Below, piece by piece: positions 59,540-64,000 of a stretch of DNA of 64,000 nt (within the stretch, counting starts at the first letter, position 1; each line of letters starts with the position of its first letter). Under the pieces are notes generated by a model. It was given only the letters and a program-made list of their open reading frames with translations. It did not search any database and was not told the DNA's origin. The stretch is from an uncultured delta proteobacterium (GTDB lineage Bacteria; Desulfobacterota; Binatia; UBA9968). The stretch is taken from contig CAWFJP010000015.1 of NCBI GenBank assembly GCA_963816145.1, positions 96,001 through 160,000 on the forward strand, read 5' to 3'. The position numbers and the translations under genes are program-made.

Positions 59540-60144
59540 CGCCTCGATGATGGTCCGTGCTCGGCGATGATCGGTTTACGGCGAAAACAACCCTCGACGT
59601 GATCGTTGACCATGCCAGTGGCTTGCATGTGGGCGTAGATGATCGTCGGGCCGACGAACTTGAAACCGCGCTGCTTCAAATCTTTGCTCAAAGCGTCCGA
59701 CTCCCGGCTGGAGGCCGGGTAATCTTTCAGCGTTTTGAGACGATTGACGATCGGCTTACCGTCGACGAAGCGCCAGATGTAGGCGTCGAAGCTGCCGAAC
59801 TCGTTTTGAACCTGTAAAAATTTACCAGCGTTGTTGACGGCGGCAGCGATCTTCAACCGGTTGCGAATGATGCCGGGATTTTTCAGCAACGCCTCGATCT
59901 GCTTCTTGCCGAAGCGCGCAACTTTCTGCGGATCGAAACCGGCAAAGGCGTCGCGGTAAGAATCACGCTTGCGCAGCACCGTATACCAGCTCAGCCCCGC
60001 CTGCGCCGCTTCAAGAGTAAGAAACTCGAAGATCGCACGATCGTCATGCACTGGCACGCCCCATTCGCGGTCGTGATACGCGACATAGTCCGGCTTGGTC
60101 ATGTCGACCCACGGGCAGCGGTTTTTGTTGTCAAAGCCTTGCAT
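59536..60144 (-). CDS. tag: DNA-3-methyladenine glycosylase I
   Basis: RCPW, YHDREWG, LEAAQAGLSW, NDHVEGC. Confidence 0.95.
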   Translation of the reverse strand: MQGFDNKNRCPWVDMTKPDYVAYHDREWGVPVHDDRAIFEFLTLEAAQAGLSWYTVLRKRDSYRDAFAGFDPQKVARFGKKQIEALLKNPGIIRNRLKIAAAVNNAGKFLQVQNEFGSFDAYIWRFVDGKPIVNRLKTLKDYPASSRESDALSKDLKQRGFKFVGPTIIYAHMQATGMVNDHVEGCFRRKPIIAEHGPSSRR

Positions 60145-60157
60145 AAAGAAGAATATT

Positions 60158-60410
60158 AACCACGAAAAACACGAAGTTTAATATACCTCATGTCCGAGAT
60201 TTTCATACGACATAGTTGACAATTTGTGCGGCTTCCGCAAATTCTCGGAAGATGTACCACAGAGGGCGCAGAGGACACAGAGAAAAAGACAGAAAGATGT
60301 TGTTAATAATTTTCCGAAAATTCTTTCTTCCCTCTGCGATCTCTGCGTACTCTGCGGTGAACATTCCGAATCTTTGGTTGCGGCTCTACCGCGCTGGGTT
60401 TTTCGTGGCT
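60158..60410. repeat. Nested periodic inverted repeats
   Basis: Inner ACCACAGAGGGCGCAGAGGACACAGAG..CTCTGCGATCTCTGCGTACTCTGCGGTGA (60256-60360) inside outer AACCACGAAAAAC..GTTTTTCGTGGCT. Confidence 0.7.
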
Positions 60411-60414
60411 CATC

Positions 60415-60966
60415 TTAATCATTCGGTTTCGGAAACCGGCGGTAGAGCCGCACGATCCACCAGATGAGCGCCAAGGCGAAGCCGAAAAGAACCGCCGAGA
60501 AGGCCGACACCGGCAGCGCCGGCGGCTGGATGTGATTGGCTTTGAGAATGACGTAGTGCATGCCGAGCATCATCATAACGATCAAACAGCCGAGACGCTT
60601 GCCGTGGGCCGACAAGTAGCGCAGCGACTCTTCACGGCGCGCCGGCGCCAACCAGTAATCACGGTTCGGCACGTTGGTCCAATGGGGAAACTTGCGCGGC
60701 AAGGTGCCGACCATGAAGCTGACAAAACTAGAAATGCCGATCAGAAACGCCAGCATGAACAGCAGATATCCCTCACGGCTCATCCAGCCGTTGGCCCGGT
60801 TATCGCCGCCAAAATGGGTCGCCACTAGGTCCGGCAGATAACGCGTCGTGTAAATAACAAACACAACGGCAAACACCGCCAGGCAGATCAAGGTAACCAA
60901 GGCGCCTGAACCGTCGTCGCGCCGCACGCTAGTCTCCCTGCTGATACCAGCCATATCGCTTGCCAT
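60415..60966 (-). CDS. DUF1648 membrane protein
   Basis: LPDLVATHFG..ANGW, NVPNRDYW. Confidence 0.85.
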   Translation of the reverse strand: MASDMAGISRETSVRRDDGSGALVTLICLAVFAVVFVIYTTRYLPDLVATHFGGDNRANGWMSREGYLLFMLAFLIGISSFVSFMVGTLPRKFPHWTNVPNRDYWLAPARREESLRYLSAHGKRLGCLIVMMMLGMHYVILKANHIQPPALPVSAFSAVLFGFALALIWWIVRLYRRFPKPND

Positions 60967-61213
60967 CCCAATAGATTAACGCGCGACAGCCGCGGTCTTG
61001 ATGACCAGGATCGCGTCGCTGCAGAACTTTTGAAGGTATACTCGCCACCCTTGGCCATCTATCTCAACAGCGACGGACCGTCGAGTCGGGCAACGCCAGA
61101 CACACCACAAGCAGCGCCCAGAAGTAGAATTTATGGACAATCAATGGCGAGGAGAAATCGAATCGCCGGCCAAAGACCGACCAGCGATCCTATGAATTTC
61201 GCGAGCAGATTTA

Positions 61214-61714
61214 TCAGCCCAGGCTGCGCGCCAAAGCATCCAAGCCTTCGGCGACGGAATTTTCGGAATCCGGCGTCACCTGCCCCTTCGGTGTCAGTTG
61301 ATTGATCAACTCGGGCAGCACCTGCGACATCGCCGAGCCCGCTTGATCTTGGGACATGCCGAGCTTCGAGGCGATATCGCTCAACGACCCGGAGCCGAAC
61401 ACCTGCTCCAACTGATTCGGTGAGATATTCATGTTCTGCCCGCTGCCGACCCAGGAGTCGGCTTGGGCGCCCATGCCGGCTTCGCGGAACTTGCCCAGCA
61501 CGCCGCCAAGCCCCCCCTGTTGCTGAAGCATCGAAAGCGCGAGCTGCAATAAAATATTTCCCGTGCCACTGCTGCTACCAGCGCTGCTGCCGCCGGTGAG
61601 TCCGCCGAGAATGGCACTCAACGGATCTTGCGCCTGTTGATCTTGTGACTGTTGGCGATTGCCACCCAGTGCGGCGCCCAGCACATTGCCCAAAATGCCG
61701 TCTAATAGTCCCAT
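61214..61714 (-). CDS. YidB/DUF937 family protein
   Basis: GGLGGVL, DSWVGSGQN, LPELINQLTPKG. Confidence 0.88.
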   Translation of the reverse strand: MGLLDGILGNVLGAALGGNRQQSQDQQAQDPLSAILGGLTGGSSAGSSSGTGNILLQLALSMLQQQGGLGGVLGKFREAGMGAQADSWVGSGQNMNISPNQLEQVFGSGSLSDIASKLGMSQDQAGSAMSQVLPELINQLTPKGQVTPDSENSVAEGLDALARSLG

Positions 61715-61898
61715 GCGAGTCTCCTTTTATGCTGAGGTGAAGTTAGCAATCCACACACCCAGATACTATCCCAACCGAGAACATGGCTACAAGAGAGCAA
61801 AGTCCGATGACGGCGTAACTGCGCCGGGTCGGATTCGGACTCTAAAACGAAACAGCCCTTGCCCTGCATTTTTACCCGATGCCCTGAAGCACGCGATA

Positions 61899-62318
61899 CT
61901 ATTTTATGTAATACCCAGCGGCCTTCCACTTGCCGTCTTTTTCTTGCATGAAGGTCACGGTTTCGACCGCGTTCTTTTTATTTGCGAAACTAGAGTCGAA
62001 CTGCATGACCACGTAGTTGCCATCCGGCGCGCCCGGCAGCGACGTGGCGCTTTGCGCTTTGGTGAGCTTACGCGACAATAGCTTGCCCAAAGGTTTGCGC
62101 GCGCCAGCCAACGCATCCTGCCAACCCTTCTCGCTCACCGCACCCTTAAAATATGCCGAGGCATCCCTCCAACTATTGGTGTAACTCCCCGCATCGATCT
62201 GGCTCAACCATGCCGGCGCCGCCGCCGTGGCGGCCTTTTCGGCAGCTTCGTCGGCGTAGGTTGGGAAAATGTTCCAGCCCAACAGTAAAATCAGCGCAAT
62301 GAGAATAGTTCTGTTCAT
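61899..62318 (-). CDS. DUF4019 secreted protein
   Basis: WL..IDAG.Y..SW, LPGAPDGNY, ETVT, GYYIK. Confidence 0.88.
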   Translation of the reverse strand: MNRTILIALILLLGWNIFPTYADEAAEKAATAAAPAWLSQIDAGSYTNSWRDASAYFKGAVSEKGWQDALAGARKPLGKLLSRKLTKAQSATSLPGAPDGNYVVMQFDSSFANKKNAVETVTFMQEKDGKWKAAGYYIK

Positions 62319-62351
62319 GTTCCTCCTGGATGTTTTCTTATCGTAAACAGT

Positions 62352-62792
62352 TTATCGCTTAATACCGAGAAGCACCACGCCGGCAGCGACGAGAAATATT
62401 CCAAACCAATCTTTAGGTACCGGCCGCTCGCCGAGAAATATCACTGCAAAAATGGCGACCAGGACGACGCTCAATTTGTCGACCGGCGCAACCTTGGCCG
62501 CCTCGCCCATTTGCAACGCGCGAAAATAACATAACCAGGACGCCCCGGTGGCCAGGCCGGACAACGTGAGAAAGTTCCAATTCTTGGCGCTCAAAGACGA
62601 TAGCTCGCGCCACTTGCCGGCGTAGTAGACAAATCCAGTAATTGCCAGCAGGATGATCGCTGTCCTAATCAACGTCGCGAAGTCGGAATCGACTCCTTCG
62701 AGGCCGATCTTGGCGAAGATCGCGGTCAAGGACGCGAACGCCGCCGACAGCAGCGCCCAGTAAAACCATGACTGCACAGATGCTCCCAACAT
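62352..62792 (-). CDS. EamA family transporter (single domain)
   Basis: SGLATGASWLCYFRAL, VAPVDKLS. Confidence 0.88.
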   Translation of the reverse strand: MLGASVQSWFYWALLSAAFASLTAIFAKIGLEGVDSDFATLIRTAIILLAITGFVYYAGKWRELSSLSAKNWNFLTLSGLATGASWLCYFRALQMGEAAKVAPVDKLSVVLVAIFAVIFLGERPVPKDWFGIFLVAAGVVLLGIKR

Positions 62793-63208
62793 TATTTGGA
62801 TCCTTCCGGTTTGCGCCGCGCTTTTCGTTCGAGGCCTTCTAAATGCACGCGCCGCGACTCAGCGCTCTGCTCCCGCTTCTTGCGCCGGCACAGCCGGCAG
62901 CGAACCGCGGTTGTGTAAACAAACCCCTTAGCTACTTCATACCACCACTTCTGCTGCGTGCCGGTCCACACTTCTTCCTTGCCGCAATCAACACAACGAA
63001 ACGGCCGATCGACATAATACCCGCGATAAACAAAATCCGGCGCGCCGTAACTGTTGTTCGGCGCCAACAACGCCTCGTTCACCGGCGGACCCAGCACGGG
63101 ACGAAGCCAGAGTTCCTGTCGTTTGTTGCTGGACTGAATCTTGGCGCTTTGCTGTTTTCTTTTGGCCTTAATCTCAGTACGTTTTTGTTTGCCGCTTTTC
63201 ATTTTCAC
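62792..63208 (-). CDS. Zinc-ribbon domain protein
   Basis: CVDCG..QKWWYE..RCRLCR. Confidence 0.8.
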   Translation of the reverse strand: MKMKSGKQKRTEIKAKRKQQSAKIQSSNKRQELWLRPVLGPPVNEALLAPNNSYGAPDFVYRGYYVDRPFRCVDCGKEEVWTGTQQKWWYEVAKGFVYTTAVRCRLCRRKKREQSAESRRVHLEGLERKARRKPEGSK

Positions 63209-63288
63209 TTGGCGGGCTCAATCTTGGTCTCGGTGATCCAAAAGCCGCGCGCCGCCCCAACAAGGCGCGAATAGCATGACAGCTAAGA

Positions 63289-63678
63289 TTACGCTGAAAT
63301 GATTTCTCGTAGCCATATCTCAATGATCAAGACGGCGTTCGGCGCTATCAGCTCGCCCAACCCTTCGTCCCGATAGGCCAGGTGCGGGCTGACGCGAATC
63401 TTTCGGTAGCCGCCGGTTTTCATGTCATAGAGCGAGTATTCCACCCCAGCCATCGTCTGGCGCCGGCCCAACGTTGTTTTGTGATCGACTAACGGCCGGC
63501 CATCGATATGGCGGATCATTTCCGGAGGAAGGATTTCTGCCTGCTGCTCGTTAAGCGGAATCTCATCGCCGTGATTACGATAGAGCCGCCAATTAAAAAT
63601 GACAGTATCGCCTTTCTTGGCCGGCTTGCCTTGGCCTTCGATCTCCGCTAGCAGTTTGATGCCCGACTTGATTTTCAT
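63289..63678 (-). CDS. FKBP-type peptidyl-prolyl isomerase-like protein
   Basis: EGQGKPAKKGD, MKTGGYR, PHLAY, PNAVLIIEI. Confidence 0.85.
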   Translation of the reverse strand: MKIKSGIKLLAEIEGQGKPAKKGDTVIFNWRLYRNHGDEIPLNEQQAEILPPEMIRHIDGRPLVDHKTTLGRRQTMAGVEYSLYDMKTGGYRKIRVSPHLAYRDEGLGELIAPNAVLIIEIWLREIISA

Positions 63679-63685
63679 TGCGCCG

Positions 63686-64000
63686 CTAATGCGGGGGAAG
63701 GACTTCTTCGAATCGAGACTCTTCCCACTGCGCCCCATCGCCGACGACAATTTCGCCGCCGGCGAGGACCCGCGCATAGGCGCCGCCGCGCCAACCGGCG
63801 TACATCGCGTTCTGCAACCCCGGCAAAACCTCGTCCATCCTCTCGCAAGGTTTGGTTTCGCCGCCAATCAGCAGCCGGGCCGGGCCGATGTGAAGAACCT
63901 TGCCGCGTGCATTGGCGAGCCTAATGCCGCTTACCAATAGATTCGCCCGCCGCGCGCTCGCTTGCGCTGCTCCACCCAACTGCTTCATTAGCCGATCCCA
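63686..64000 (-). CDS. MOSC domain protein, C-terminal part (5' end outside window)
   Basis: [22 protein letters not shown]. Confidence 0.8.
   Translation of the reverse strand, partial: WDRLMKQLGGAAQASARRANLLVSGIRLANARGKVLHIGPARLLIGGETKPCERMDEVLPGLQNAMYAGWRGGAYARVLAGGEIVVGDGAQWEESRFEEVLPPH

Overview
GC-rich bacterial chromosomal window with about 70 CDS. I saw no rRNA, tRNA, CRISPR array or intact transposase. The gene content suggests Candidatus Binatia/Binatota-like Deltaproteobacteria (inference, not a database result): seven orphan NMT1/SsuA-type solute-binding proteins, four amidohydrolase-2 enzymes, Rieske, VOC, LLM and SDR enzymes, and many intergenic palindromes. Main finding: a DUF2294 (MpsC/YbcI-like) gene is followed on the minus strand by a sigma70-like promoter and a repeated RNA element. 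The element reads TGCA..CGG..GGTTGC/GGCGACC hairpin; three copies are fused to intrinsic terminators and one is degenerate. The copies bracket the window's only ABC permease, which looks like an undescribed tandem attenuation system. Other highlights: (1) a stand-alone PaaK-like ligase/A-domain/PCP hybrid whose A domain lacks the amino-binding Asp; (2) a 90-nt palindromic repeat inserted in frame in dnaE2, which also carries three +1 frameshifts that may be assembly errors; (3) a BFD-[2Fe-2S]/Zn-ribbon gene without a canonical start codon; (4) a candidate RSPP arrest peptide.
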